DNA of 64,000 nucleotides from a bacterium (GTDB lineage Bacteria; Hinthialibacterota; Hinthialibacteria; Hinthialibacterales; Hinthialibacteraceae), in contig CAXXSM010000105.1 in assembly GCA_963663405.2 (NCBI GenBank), positions 63,326 through 127,325 of the forward strand, written 5' to 3'. The translations under genes were made by a program, and so were the position numbers. This document shows, piece after piece, positions 43,853 through 57,074 of the stretch. Under the pieces are notes generated by a model. That model was not told where the DNA came from and made no database searches. It saw only the letters and a list, made by a program, of their open reading frames with translations. Each line of letters opens with the position of its first letter. The stretch's first letter is position 1.

Positions 43853-44227
43853 ATGACGCAAAAAAAAATATATCGGATGGCGCAGGTCAACCGCCTTCTG
43901 CAGGAAGAGATCGCGGAGATTCTTCTGACGGAATTGCAGGATAAGCGCCTTCATCAGTTAACCGTCACCGAAGTGCGTGCGACAAAAGATTTAAATCACG
44001 CCTTTATCTTTGTGACGGCGCGAGAAACCAAGAACTGCAAAGAGACGATCGAAACCGCGAACCGGTCGGCGGGATACATCCGGAAACTCCTCTTCTCCCG
44101 TCTGCGGATCAAACGCATACCGGAATTGGAATTCCGGTACGACGAATCGCTGGACCGGGCGGAACGGATTTATAAAACCTTATCGGAAATAAATCCGGAT
44201 TCCGAAACGGAAGAACAATCGATTTGA
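43853..44227 (+). CDS. rbfA: Ribosome-binding factor A
   Basis: R..QVNRLLQEEIA...D.R...TVTEV..TKDL..A; GYIRK.L..RL.IKRIPEL.F.YDES. Confidence 0.93.
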   Translation: MTQKKIYRMAQVNRLLQEEIAEILLTELQDKRLHQLTVTEVRATKDLNHAFIFVTARETKNCKETIETANRSAGYIRKLLFSRLRIKRIPELEFRYDESLDRAERIYKTLSEINPDSETEEQSI

Positions 44228-44309
44228 GCGGATAATCTCATGATTTTACAATTGATTCTTGGAACGAAATCGATCCGCTGCGCCGAAAAAAGCCTTGGAA
44301 ATTAACAGT

Positions 44310-45230
44310 ATGGATGGTGTGCTCAATATTAATAAACCAGCGGGAATGACCTCCCACGACGTCGTGGACTCAATCCGCCGGATCACAAAAATCAAGCGAG
44401 TCGGTCATACCGGCACATTGGATCCAATGGCGACAGGGGTGTTGCCGATTTGTATCGGAAAAGCGACAAAAATCGTCCAATTTTTAATCGCGGAAGACAA
44501 AGAATACGCAGTGGAAATGCGCCTTGGCATTGTAACGGACAGTCAAGATACAACAGGAAAAATCCTTGAAGAGACACCCCCGCCCGATGTAAGTGAAGAG
44601 GAAATCCGCGCCGTATTCCAAAACTTCCTTGGCGAACAGATGCAGATCCCACCGATGATCTCGGCCAAGCATCACAAAGGAAAACGGCTCTACGAATTGG
44701 CGCGCAAAGGTGTCGAGGTGAAGCGTCAACCTTGTAAGATTTACATTCATGATTTAACATTAGAAGAAGTTAAAATTCCACTGATCCGCTTTCGAGTCAC
44801 TTGCAGCAAAGGCACATACATCCGCACGCTTTGCCACGACCTGGGAGTCTCGCTGAATAGTGGATCAGCTATGTCTGGGTTGACGCGGGTACGGTGTGGT
44901 TCATTTCACGTGAATGATTCCACGGCGTTGGATTCCCTGAAAAGCCCGGAAGATGTACAGGCGCGCCTTTGCGGTTTAAACGACGCTCTTTCGTTGTATA
45001 ATTCTGTTATAGTGGGCGCTGAGGGAAAAGCCGCGTTGCAATGCGGACGCGCGCTCTCCGGCGGATTAATCCAGCGCCGGAACGGGGATTTCGACAACGG
45101 TTCTCTGGTCCGGGTAACGGCGCGGGATGGTTCGTTGATCGGCGTGGGGGAAGCGTTGCTTCCATCCGACCAATTGGATTCGCTCGCCGGGAATCTTAAA
45201 GTGATCCGGCCCGTAAAAGTATTCGGGTAA
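44310..45230 (+). CDS. truB: tRNA pseudouridine(55) synthase
   Basis: NKPAGMTSHDVV, VGHTGTLDPMATGVL, QIPPMISAK, CSKGTYIRTL; ATG 44310 preferred. Confidence 0.97.
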   Translation: MDGVLNINKPAGMTSHDVVDSIRRITKIKRVGHTGTLDPMATGVLPICIGKATKIVQFLIAEDKEYAVEMRLGIVTDSQDTTGKILEETPPPDVSEEEIRAVFQNFLGEQMQIPPMISAKHHKGKRLYELARKGVEVKRQPCKIYIHDLTLEEVKIPLIRFRVTCSKGTYIRTLCHDLGVSLNSGSAMSGLTRVRCGSFHVNDSTALDSLKSPEDVQARLCGLNDALSLYNSVIVGAEGKAALQCGRALSGGLIQRRNGDFDNGSLVRVTARDGSLIGVGEALLPSDQLDSLAGNLKVIRPVKVFG

Positions 45231-45289
45231 ATAATTAAATCCTGAATTCAGGAAAATTACTATATAATAATTCGATAGGAGATTGTAAC

Positions 45290-45559
45290 TTGTCCATCAC
45301 AGATCAACGAAAGCATTCCCTGATTGAAGAGTATAAGACGCATGACACGGATACGGGATCTCCCGAAGTCCAGATTGCGATCCTAACCGAGAAAATCAAA
45401 AATCTAACCGAGCATTTCAAAATGCACAAAAAAGATCATCATTCCCGGCGGGGACTGTTAATGATGGTCAGTAAACGCCGCCGGTTGTTGGATTACTTAA
45501 AGAATTCCAAACTCGACCGGTATCGTACTTTAATCAAACAACTCGGACTCCGCCGCTAA
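45290..45559 (+). CDS. rpsO: 30S ribosomal protein S15
   Basis: [37 protein letters not shown]; TTG start with AGGAG RBS. Confidence 0.98.
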   Translation: MSITDQRKHSLIEEYKTHDTDTGSPEVQIAILTEKIKNLTEHFKMHKKDHHSRRGLLMMVSKRRRLLDYLKNSKLDRYRTLIKQLGLRR

Positions 45560-45616
45560 AAGGCGGAGCCCACGGGCAGGCAGTTCGCGCAAGGTATCGA
45601 AGCGGAGAAAAAACCG

Positions 45617-45713
45617 CGTGAAAAATCGCACGTTTTCCACCACCCTGATTAGGAGGTCGAAGGTTCAACAAACCTTCTACATCCTAGTCTGGGTGATGTT
45701 TGGATTTTTCACG
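45617..45713 (+). promoter_or_regulatory. Long stem-loop in the pnp leader (likely RNase III processing site)
   Basis: CGTGAAAAATC/GATTTTTCACG outer stem; CACCC/GGGTG, TAGGA/TCCTA and GAAGGTT/AACCTTC inner stems. Confidence 0.6.
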
Positions 45714-45867
45714 TCTTTATCTGGTTTCAACTCTATCAATCCCCATTAAATTCATGATTTATACAACATTGCGCACATGAATATTGTGGAGATCCGGCCG
45801 GTTCCTTTCGTGGACGTTCCTGCAGAATTGTGACGGTACACACCGTCAAACACGAAAGGAATACTCT

Positions 45868-48256
45868 ATGAACGCTCCAACAATCGTAACCAAAGAAATC
45901 GCGGGGAAAACCTGGATTTTAGAAAGCGGACTACTCGCTAAACAAGCCAACGCGGCGGTAACCGTCCGTTGCGGCGACACAATGGTCTTCGCCACCGTCA
46001 CAACGGACGCTCCCAGAGAAGGGATCGATTTCTTCCCTCTCACCGTCGACTTCCGGGAAAGCCAATTCGCCGCAGGAAAAATTCCCGGCGGCTTTTTTAA
46101 ACGTGAAGGCCGGCCTTCCGAAAAAGAAATCCTCACCTCCCGCTGTTCCGACCGCCCTATCCGCCCTCTCTTCCCCGAAGGATTCAATAACGAGGTGCAG
46201 GTTCTCTTGAACGTTCTTTCCTTCGATCAAGAGAACGATACGGATATCTGTGGGATGAACGCCGCCTTCGCGGTTCTGGAAATCTCCGATATCCCCTTTA
46301 ACGGCCCGGTCGGCGCGGTGCGTATCGGACGCATCGATGGAGAATTTATCGTCAATCCGACCATTGAAGAAGCGGAAAAAGGTTCGTTGAATTTAACCAT
46401 CGCTGGAACCCGGAACGCCATCATTATGGTGGAGGGCGGCGCCGAAGAAGAATCGGAAGCCGTCCTGCTGGAAGCGTTTGATTTGGCTCAGAACGTGCTC
46501 CGGGAAATGATCAGCGCAATCGAAGAACTGCGTGACCGATGTGGGAAACCCAAAACAGAATTTCAACCACCGGAGAAAGATCATGCCATAATCAACCGCG
46601 TTAACGAACTAGCGGCGCAGCGCCTCGCGGAAGCCAATGTCAATACCGATAAACATGAACGGCAGGAAGCGTTGAACCACGTTTATGAAGAAACACAGGA
46701 ACAGATCCTGAATGAAATCGAAACGGATCACAAAGCGGCCGTCGAACGCGGTGATTTCGCTGGACAAAATGTCGTCGAAATCGCCAACACGTTCCAGGAA
46801 CGCTATCAAAAAGCGAAAGGCGCTATCAGCGCCGCGTTGCATGACCTTGAAAAAGAGATCGTCCGCAAGCGAATTCTCGATGAAGGACTACGCTGCGATA
46901 ATCGTAAACCCGATGAAATCCGGGGACATCAATTGCGATCTCTCGGTCATTCCACGCACACATGGTTCCGCCCTATTTACACGCGGGCAGACCCAAGCCC
47001 TAGTAACCACTACGCTAGGCACATTATCCGACGAACAAAAAGTTGATGGCCTAAAAGAAGCCTTTTACAAGAAATTCATTCTCCATTACAATTTCCCTCC
47101 CTATTGCGTGGGTGAATGCCGGCCCATCCGTGGACCGGGCCGGCGGGAAATCGGTCACGGCGCGCTGGCGGAACGGGCTTTGGTCCCAGTCCTCCCCGAT
47201 CATGAATCATTTCCATATACGATCCGCGTTGTATCCGACATCATGGAATCGAACGGCTCTTCGTCCATGGCGAGTGTATGCGGCGGTTCTCTCTCTATGA
47301 TGGAAGCGGGGATTCCCGTGAAAAAAGGCGTCGCCGGAATCGCGATGGGATTGATAAAAGAAGGAGATTCGTACGCGATTCTTTCCGATATCCTCGGTGT
47401 GGAAGACCACCTTGGCGATATGGATTTCAAAGTGGCGGGCACGCGGGATGGAATCACCGCATTCCAAATGGACCTTAAAATCGAGGGAATTACACGGGAA
47501 TTGATGGCCGAAGCGCTCGAACAAGCGCGCCGGGGCCGTGTGCACATCCTCGATATCATGGATCAAACCATCGCCGCGCCACGCGAAGAGATGAGTCCCT
47601 ACGCGCCACGAATTGAAATCATGATGATCCCCATCGATCGCATCCGGGATGTGATCGGCCCAGGTGGGAAAATGATCCGCCAGATTGTGAGCGAAACCGG
47701 GGCGAAGATCGACATCGAAGACGATGGGCGGGTTATTATCGCCTCCACGGATGAAACCGCGGGACGTAAGGCGAAAGAATGGGTTCAGTATCTAACGGAA
47801 GAAGTGGAAGTGGGGAAAATCTATAAAGGTAAAGTAACCCGCATTACCAACTTCGGCGCGTTTGTCGAAATTCTGCCCGGTCAGGAAGGATTAGTGCATA
47901 TTTCCGAAATGGCTGAACGCCGGATTGAAGCCGTCGAGGATATTGTTAAAGAAGGTCATGAAATTGAGGTCAAAGTTACTGAGATTGACGATTTTGGCCG
48001 GATCAACCTTAGCAAAAAACTGGCCGATCGTGAACTGGGCCGCACACCGGAAAGCGAATATCGAGACAGAGACAGCGACCGGGGATCCCGCAGTAGCCGG
48101 GATAAACGCGGCGGCGGCGATCGGGGCGGACGAAGCGGTTCCTCACGTGGTAGCGACCGGGGTGGACGCGGCGATCGGGGTGGACGAAGCAATCGCAGTG
48201 ATCGGGGTGATCGCGGTGGCCGAAGCGGCGGAGGCAAAAACAGAAACGATCGATAA
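45868..48256 (+). CDS. pnp: Polyribonucleotide nucleotidyltransferase (frameshift at about 46922-46925)
   Basis: [59 protein letters not shown] and S1 domains; deleting one G from CGGGGAC restores EIRDINC. Confidence 0.97.
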
Positions 48257-48283
48257 TCGATCTATTTCAATGAATCAAAAAAG

Positions 48284-48322
48284 AAAACGCAGGCGAATTC
48301 ATGAACGCGCCTGCGTTTTTTT
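48284..48322. terminator. Bidirectional rho-independent terminator
   Basis: AAAACGCAGGCG / CGCCTGCGTTTT with A-rich and T-rich flanks between convergent pnp and pilin-like gene. Confidence 0.88.
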
Positions 48323-48328
48323 ATGGTC

Positions 48329-48904
48329 CTAGGGCCCATAGCGGATAATATTCCCTTCGCTGTACAATCCATTCGACATATTGTAGCTGACGTATTCCCC
48401 CGCTAGTGGGTGTCCGGCTGGGTAGATCAGGCTGGCGACCCATTTTGACGTAGGGCCGAAACCGCGAAACTGCCATTCATAGCGGTTGGCGGGAAATGCG
48501 GTTTTCTGATCCCAATACGTTCCCCCTTTCGTACTTCCATTGGCCCAATACCGCGTCCAATAATCATAGTTTCCCAGCCGGTTGCTGCTGTCTTTAGGGC
48601 CGGATGAAGTATCCGTCGGATTCGGATTGAACGGATCGAGTGGGATAGAACTCATATACGAGACAGGTGTCGTCAGGGGGATATACCGTTCATCCATCCA
48701 TCCGCTTCTCACGGGATACAAGTTATTGTCAACGAGATACTCGCGGATAGCGACATCGAGACTGCGAATATCGCTGATCGCGCGCGCTACTTTAGCCCGT
48801 GTCTGCGCGTTTAAGAAATTCGGGACCGCGATCGCCGCGAGAATACCAATAATCGCGACAACAATCAGAAGTTCAATCAACGTAAAACCCTTTCTATTAT
48901 TCAT
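48329..48904 (-). CDS. Type IV pilin / pseudopilin-like protein (prepilin N-terminal methylation domain)
   Basis: KG|FTLIELLIVVAIIGILAAIAVPNF class III signal peptide with Glu5. Confidence 0.9.
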   Translation of the reverse strand: MNNRKGFTLIELLIVVAIIGILAAIAVPNFLNAQTRAKVARAISDIRSLDVAIREYLVDNNLYPVRSGWMDERYIPLTTPVSYMSSIPLDPFNPNPTDTSSGPKDSSNRLGNYDYWTRYWANGSTKGGTYWDQKTAFPANRYEWQFRGFGPTSKWVASLIYPAGHPLAGEYVSYNMSNGLYSEGNIIRYGP

Positions 48905-49269
48905 TCAGATCCTCTTTTAGATATAGTTTTATTATCAATTTCGCAATAACGTATTCTATATAACACTCGTTATTAGAGTAAAGAATAGGTTTAAAAAAAG
49001 TCAACGATTATGAGAAAAAAAAATATAGATATCAGCCACGCAGGATGGATCATGTCTTTATCATTCACCATATATTGAATTATAACTGCGTTTCCGCATC
49101 TCATTTTCATTTGCTCGTAATGAACCTAAACCATGTCGATTTCCAATACAATATATGCGAATGAATTATTTTAATTAAAAACCCCATTTTCTCTCTTACG
49201 GTGTACAATTTATTGTGCTTATGCAATTTAACACCCACAACATTTTGCGAATCCAATCATCAAGAAATC

Positions 49270-49298
49270 TTGACTACTCATCCTTAACAAGATATAAT
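49270..49298 (+). promoter_or_regulatory. sigma70 promoter of gyrB
   Basis: TTGACT (49270-49275), 17 nt, TATAAT (49293-49298). Confidence 0.75.
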
Positions 49299-49416
49299 GT
49301 ATTTTGTTTCTCTTACCGCCAAACTCACGAAATCAACTAACCGAAATCGATCGTGAGTGGATTTTTGAGTCTCTTATATTCCATTCGTTATAAGCAAAGA
49401 CATATCAAGGGTTTGA

Positions 49417-51956
<2,540 letters not shown>

Positions 51957-51957
<1 letters not shown>

Positions 51958-53826
51958 TGGTTCAACCGGAAAGAACATATTTTCATTCTTTTCAAATCCT
52001 TTTCATTCTCACACTCTTTTTTGCTGGATGCCCCTTCGTCCAGGCCAAAGAGAGTGATCCGCGGATTATCCTTCATTGTCTTCCCTTACGCCAACAAAAT
52101 TGCCTGCAAGCGATCGCCGATGATATCGCCTCCCCCACGCCCGCGCGCGGCGCGGCGCTTCTCTTTTTAAACGAACAGATCGAACGGGCGAACCAATGTT
52201 TACTGGAATTCAAGGGAGACAACGCCACACTGCCGGATTGGTTAGTCATGCTGCGGATTTTGCGCCGGTATAGTCAAAATGAAGACCAACTCACCAAACC
52301 CGTACAATCACATCTAGAAAAAGAAGTGGCACAATTCATCAAGAAACAAGGAACTGAGTTTCTCACACCTTTGCAATGCGTCCATCTCAACGAACACCAG
52401 GAAATCTTGCGGCTATCGATGTTGATTGTCTGGGCGAACCACGTCGAACAGAATTCTCTGCCCTATCGATGGCCGGGAAAACCAAATAATAAACAATATC
52501 GCGCCCTTTTCCGAAAAGAGGTTCACCGCTTGATGGACCGCTGGGGACGCTATGGTTTTAGTGAAAGAAACTCACCCTACTACACCTTTACACTTGGCGC
52601 GCTGCTAAACCTGCGGGATTGTGGCGCCGATGAATCGATCCAGAAGAAAGCGGAAATGTGCATTGATTGGTTGGCAGCGGATATCGCGCAGGAAAGCCTT
52701 GGAGCGCTATGGGGGGGGCCGCGCCTTCTTGCGTATGAAGCCGTCACTCCTCTTTCGGGCAATCAGATTCATTATATCCTATTCGGGTCATCCCTCCCCT
52801 TCTTTCGCACAACAGACGGCTGATCCACTGACACTCCTATGGTGCGAAACAGACTATCGTCCTCCTTTAGCGCTGTTCCATTTGGGTTACGAACGGGAAA
52901 AGCGGGGATCTTATGAAGTGAAAATCCGGTATTGTAAAAATTTGGAAAAAACCGGAAACCAACGGCGCAGGGGATCAAATACTCCTATGTCACCCCCCGA
53001 TACATACTCGGCTCATTTACGTTGCGCAATCAATCCGTCCCCCCACAAACCCGGCCTTGGGATTTGTTGATATGGGATGAAACAAGCGGATACAAACCAT
53101 TTTTTTCGCGTTTACCGGAGATCGTTTGTTCAGTGGCATTGATCCCACACTTAACGAGCCGCATGCCCTTTGGAACGCAACCTGTTTCCAGTATAAAAAC
53201 GTTCTCTACTTTCAATATCACCGGAGCGATTGGAAGCAACCGGGGGGTTCCGGAAAGACACCAGGAAGAATCGACCGGTATTACGAACAGTTCCCTACCC
53301 GGTTCTGGATTCCGAACTCCTTCGACGGGGTGACGGAGGACGGCGCCTGGTGGTTCACACGTATCGATTCTCTCTACCTCGCTTTCCGCCCAAGCGGATA
53401 AGCGGGAAAAGCTATTGGTGGCGGGATATTGAATTCGGCGAAGGCGCGGCAGGTTTCGCGTCCATTCTCAGTTTTCTCGAATTAGAAACAGCGTTTGTTC
53501 TTGAAGTGGAGGAAGCGGAGCGGTTTTCTTCATTCGACCAGTTTAAACAACAAGTGATTGAAGCCCCTTTTGAGGCCGACCGGAATTCCATCTCTTTTGT
53601 CTCACGCCAAAGCGATGTATTTCTTTTTCCCCGTAACGACGGCTCGTTTTTAGTAAATGGAAAAGAGATTGATCCAATCAATGACTCAAGTTACGATCTC
53701 TTTTCAAGCCCATTTGTCCATTCTCAATACGGGAGCGGGGTGATGAAAGTGGATTGGCCGCCGGATAGCGTCACCTTGGATTTCAGAGATACAGCGAATC
53801 CAAAACGTATAATCACAGGGGATTGA
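51957..53826 (+). CDS. Secreted hypothetical protein of about 620 aa, split by at least four frameshifts
   Basis: Signal-peptide-like N-terminus; five overlapping same-strand ORFs tile the region; helical N-half (GFSERNSPYY...LLNLRD) and beta-rich C-half, loosely heparinase II/III-like. Confidence 0.5.
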
Positions 53827-53893
53827 TGACTTGACTGCGCAACGGTTGTGGTCATTAATTTGAATAGATCCAAAATCATTGAGAATAGACACC

Positions 53894-55675
53894 ATGCCGG
53901 AAAAAACATCTCCCCCGCCGTTCGTTCGAGTCGCCGCCGCTCAGCTCAACACGACTGTCGGAGACCTTGCGGGGAACACAAAAAAAATTCGCGAATGGAT
54001 CGCCCGCGCGCGGGAACAGGGAGTGCAGATCCTTGTATTCCCGGAACTGGCGATCTGCGGCTACCCCCCGAAAGACTTGTTGCTGAAAACACAGTTTATC
54101 ACTGAACAGCGCCGCTATCTGGATGAAATCATTCCTGAAACCAAAGGCATGTTTGTCGCAGCCGGTCTTGTGATTCGCGAAGGTGACAGCTACAACGCCG
54201 CCGCCGTCATGCATGATGGCCAATTGCTCAGTTTCGCCCGTAAGGTCCGGCTGCCCAATTATCGGGTTTTCGATGAAAAGCGGTATTTTCGAACGGGTGA
54301 ATATCTCTCGGTCTACTCCACGGACATCGCCAACCTCGGCGTCTTGATTTGTGAAGACCTCTGGCGGCCCGAAACCGTCGCCAACATGGCCGCCGCCGGG
54401 GTGGATTTAATCCTCTGTCTTTCCGCCTCCCCCTTCAGCGTAGGACGCAACCTTGAACGAGAAACGCTTCTGCAAAGCCGTTCGCAGGATCATGGGATTG
54501 GTTTGCTCTTTTGCAACCTCATCGGCGGTCAGGACGAACTCCTGTTCGATGGGCGCAGCGCAATCGTCACACCCCAGGCGCAGATTCTCTCTTTGGCGAA
54601 GGCGTTTGAAGAAGAACTCCTGATTGAAGACATCCGATTCGAAGAAATCCATCGGGGCCGTCTCGCAGTTCCCCTTCAGCGCGATACGTTTACGTCTGAT
54701 ATTCCCGGACGGGAACAGGTCTGCGTCACTCAATCCAAAGGGGTGACACGGCCTGTGCCAGCGGCCGGCAGGTCAGCGGCAAAGCCGGATGTTGCTTTTC
54801 TTCCCCAACGGATCAAAAAAGATTACGATCCTGTCGAAGACGCCTATAACGCCTTAGTCATGGGGGTGCGCGACTATCTCCATAAAAACGGATTTCAAGA
54901 CGCGGTTATAGGATTAAGCGGAGGAATCGATTCCGCGTTAACCGCCGCGATCGCCACCGACGCTCTCGGCCCGGACCACGTCTTTGGAATCTCGATGCCA
55001 AGCCGCTTCTCTTCGCAGCACAGCAAAGATGACGCCGCGCAGTTGGCGGAGAATCTGGGGATCACGTACAACCAATTCGCGATTGAACCTGTTTTTAACG
55101 AATACCTTCAAATGTTTGAATCGATTTTTAAAGACCACCCTCCGGATATCACAGAGGAGAACTTACAAGCGCGAATCCGGGGCAATACATTGATGGCGCT
55201 TTCCAACAAATTCGGCTGGCTGGTTTTAGCCACGGGCAATAAATCTGAATTGGCCGTTGGCTACGCCACGCTGTATGGCGATATGTGTGGAGGGCTTGCC
55301 GTTATTGGCGATGTTCCTAAAACGTGGGTCTACGAATTGGCCCGCTATCGAAACCGTATCGCCGGACGGAATTGGATCCCTGAAAACACGATCATCAAAC
55401 CCCCGTCGGCGGAATTACGCGAGGATCAGCTCGACACGGACAGCCTGCCCTCCTATGATATACTGGATGGCATACTGCACGCGTACATCGAGCGTGATTG
55501 CAGCATCGATGAAATCGTTGAGTATGGATACAGCCGGGAGATGACACAGCGGATCGTCAATCTAGTCGATCGCGCGGAATACAAACGGCGCCAAGCGGCC
55601 ATCGTCTTGCGTGTCACATCAAAAGCGTTCGGCAGCGACCGCCGTCTGCCGGTGACAAATAAATATCGTTCGTGA
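53894..55675 (+). CDS. nadE: Glutamine-dependent NAD+ synthetase
   Basis: Nitrilase domain (FPEL..GYPP.DL, K..LPNY.VFDEKRYF, ICEDLW) plus GLSGGIDSA, ENLQARIRG, TGNKSE, GYATLYGD, KPPSAEL. Confidence 0.96.
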   Translation: MPEKTSPPPFVRVAAAQLNTTVGDLAGNTKKIREWIARAREQGVQILVFPELAICGYPPKDLLLKTQFITEQRRYLDEIIPETKGMFVAAGLVIREGDSYNAAAVMHDGQLLSFARKVRLPNYRVFDEKRYFRTGEYLSVYSTDIANLGVLICEDLWRPETVANMAAAGVDLILCLSASPFSVGRNLERETLLQSRSQDHGIGLLFCNLIGGQDELLFDGRSAIVTPQAQILSLAKAFEEELLIEDIRFEEIHRGRLAVPLQRDTFTSDIPGREQVCVTQSKGVTRPVPAAGRSAAKPDVAFLPQRIKKDYDPVEDAYNALVMGVRDYLHKNGFQDAVIGLSGGIDSALTAAIATDALGPDHVFGISMPSRFSSQHSKDDAAQLAENLGITYNQFAIEPVFNEYLQMFESIFKDHPPDITEENLQARIRGNTLMALSNKFGWLVLATGNKSELAVGYATLYGDMCGGLAVIGDVPKTWVYELARYRNRIAGRNWIPENTIIKPPSAELREDQLDTDSLPSYDILDGILHAYIERDCSIDEIVEYGYSREMTQRIVNLVDRAEYKRRQAAIVLRVTSKAFGSDRRLPVTNKYRS

Positions 55676-55708
55676 AATAATCAACATTACAGTCAAGGAG
55701 ACGCTCTT

Positions 55709-56317
55709 TTGATTCGAATATCTATTGTTCGCAACGTATCATATCTATTAAGCATAGCGTGCGGAGCCGCGCTTTCTATTTCCATCGTCAATCCCGTCTG
55801 GGCGCAGACACAGGATGAGAGTTTTTTTGACAAGTATTTTCCAATCGCCAAGTTGTTCGACTCTCCCTATTTCTTCGCCACGATCATCGGCAGCGCCGTC
55901 ATCCTTCTCACTCTTTCTCTTGTTTTTATCTTCCGGGTGAAACGAATGGAACAAGCCGCCTATGAGTGGGGAAAGGAAAAATCATCAGAAGATTTAATCG
56001 ATCTCCTATGCAGCCCAGTGCCGCAGGAAACCCGCATGGCCATGGCGTACCTGAAAAAGAACGCTGGGGAGAATGAAATACAAATCTTGGTCAAGCGCCT
56101 CGAAAAACAGCGCCAGCAAAAAAAGATCAATCCCAATCTGATCTACATGGCCGAAGATTTAGAAGCCAGTCAAACCATTCCCGTACTTAAGCAGATCGTC
56201 AAAGAAAATCTCCCTATCGCTTCTCTGGCCAGCCAGACACTCGACCACATCCTCACAGCGGTAGAGCAAGAAGAAAAGGAGGAGAAGGAGAAAGAAAAAG
56301 CAGGAGAAAAAGCGTAA
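55709..56317 (+). CDS. Hypothetical membrane protein with helical-repeat-like C-domain
   Basis: AAGGAG RBS; signal peptide (VWA|Q), one TM helix, helical C-terminus with charged tail. Confidence 0.6.
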   Translation: MIRISIVRNVSYLLSIACGAALSISIVNPVWAQTQDESFFDKYFPIAKLFDSPYFFATIIGSAVILLTLSLVFIFRVKRMEQAAYEWGKEKSSEDLIDLLCSPVPQETRMAMAYLKKNAGENEIQILVKRLEKQRQQKKINPNLIYMAEDLEASQTIPVLKQIVKENLPIASLASQTLDHILTAVEQEEKEEKEKEKAGEKA

Positions 56318-56368
56318 CTGAAATCAAGAAATAAGGATCTTGTCACTATCTCACATAAAGATCCTACA

Positions 56369-56902
56369 CTACTTTTTACCGTCTGCTTCAATTGTAAAAC
56401 CGATTCGATTCCGTTTCGGTTTAGGTATCTCCATTAGTTGGCGAATCGCGTCAAAAACCACTTTGAATTGATCGTCGTACTTCTTTTCCAATTTTTTAAG
56501 CTGGTCCGCCAGCTGGGCATGAGAGGCTATCATCTGGCGGAGCCGGACAAAAGTACGCATAATCGCAACATTCACTTGGATTGCCCGCTTGCTTTTCAGC
56601 ACGCTGGAAAGCATGGCTACTCCTTGCTCTGTGAAAGCATAAGGAGGCACGCGACGGCCTCCCCAACCAGAACTTGAGGTCACAGATTGTGACTTCAAGT
56701 TAGCAAATTCTTCTTTGGATAGTTGAAACATAAAGTCTTCGGGGAAACGATCTTGGTTGCGTTTTACTGCTTGATTAAGAGCTTTGGTAGTAACTACGTA
56801 GAGTTCAGCCAAATCAGCGTCCAGCATAACCTTTTGACTTCGAAGGAAAAGGATTCGTTGCTCAATGCGTTCGACTGGAATGATAGAATTGGTACTGGTC
56901 AT
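56369..56902 (-). CDS. ORF6N domain DNA-binding protein
   Basis: [37 protein letters not shown]...[32 protein letters not shown]; C-terminal RIGF. Confidence 0.93.
   Translation of the reverse strand: MTSTNSIIPVERIEQRILFLRSQKVMLDADLAELYVVTTKALNQAVKRNQDRFPEDFMFQLSKEEFANLKSQSVTSSSGWGGRRVPPYAFTEQGVAMLSSVLKSKRAIQVNVAIMRTFVRLRQMIASHAQLADQLKKLEKKYDDQFKVVFDAIRQLMEIPKPKRNRIGFTIEADGKK
56671..56701. repeat. 31-bp palindrome inside the ORF6N gene (copy 1)
   Basis: AACTTGAGGTCACA-GAT-TGTGACTTCAAGTT, 14-bp arms with one mismatch. Confidence 0.8.
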
Positions 56903-56968
56903 ATATTTTGAGGATTTTTAAATCTTTGATATTACACAATTATTTAAATCCATAAAACCAGATAACAT

Positions 56969-56996
56969 TTGAAATCGCAGATTGCGATATCAAGTT
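56969..56996. repeat. Related palindrome upstream of the ORF6N gene (copy 2)
   Basis: TTGAAATCGCA-GAT-TGCGATATCAA-GTT; 22/28 identical to copy 1 by manual alignment. Confidence 0.7.
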
Positions 56997-57074
56997 GGTC
57001 AATTTTTCTTTTCTCATTAATTATGAATCAAGCTATTCGCTTTGTTCCATGAAACATTCGCGCAGTTGTGGCGC

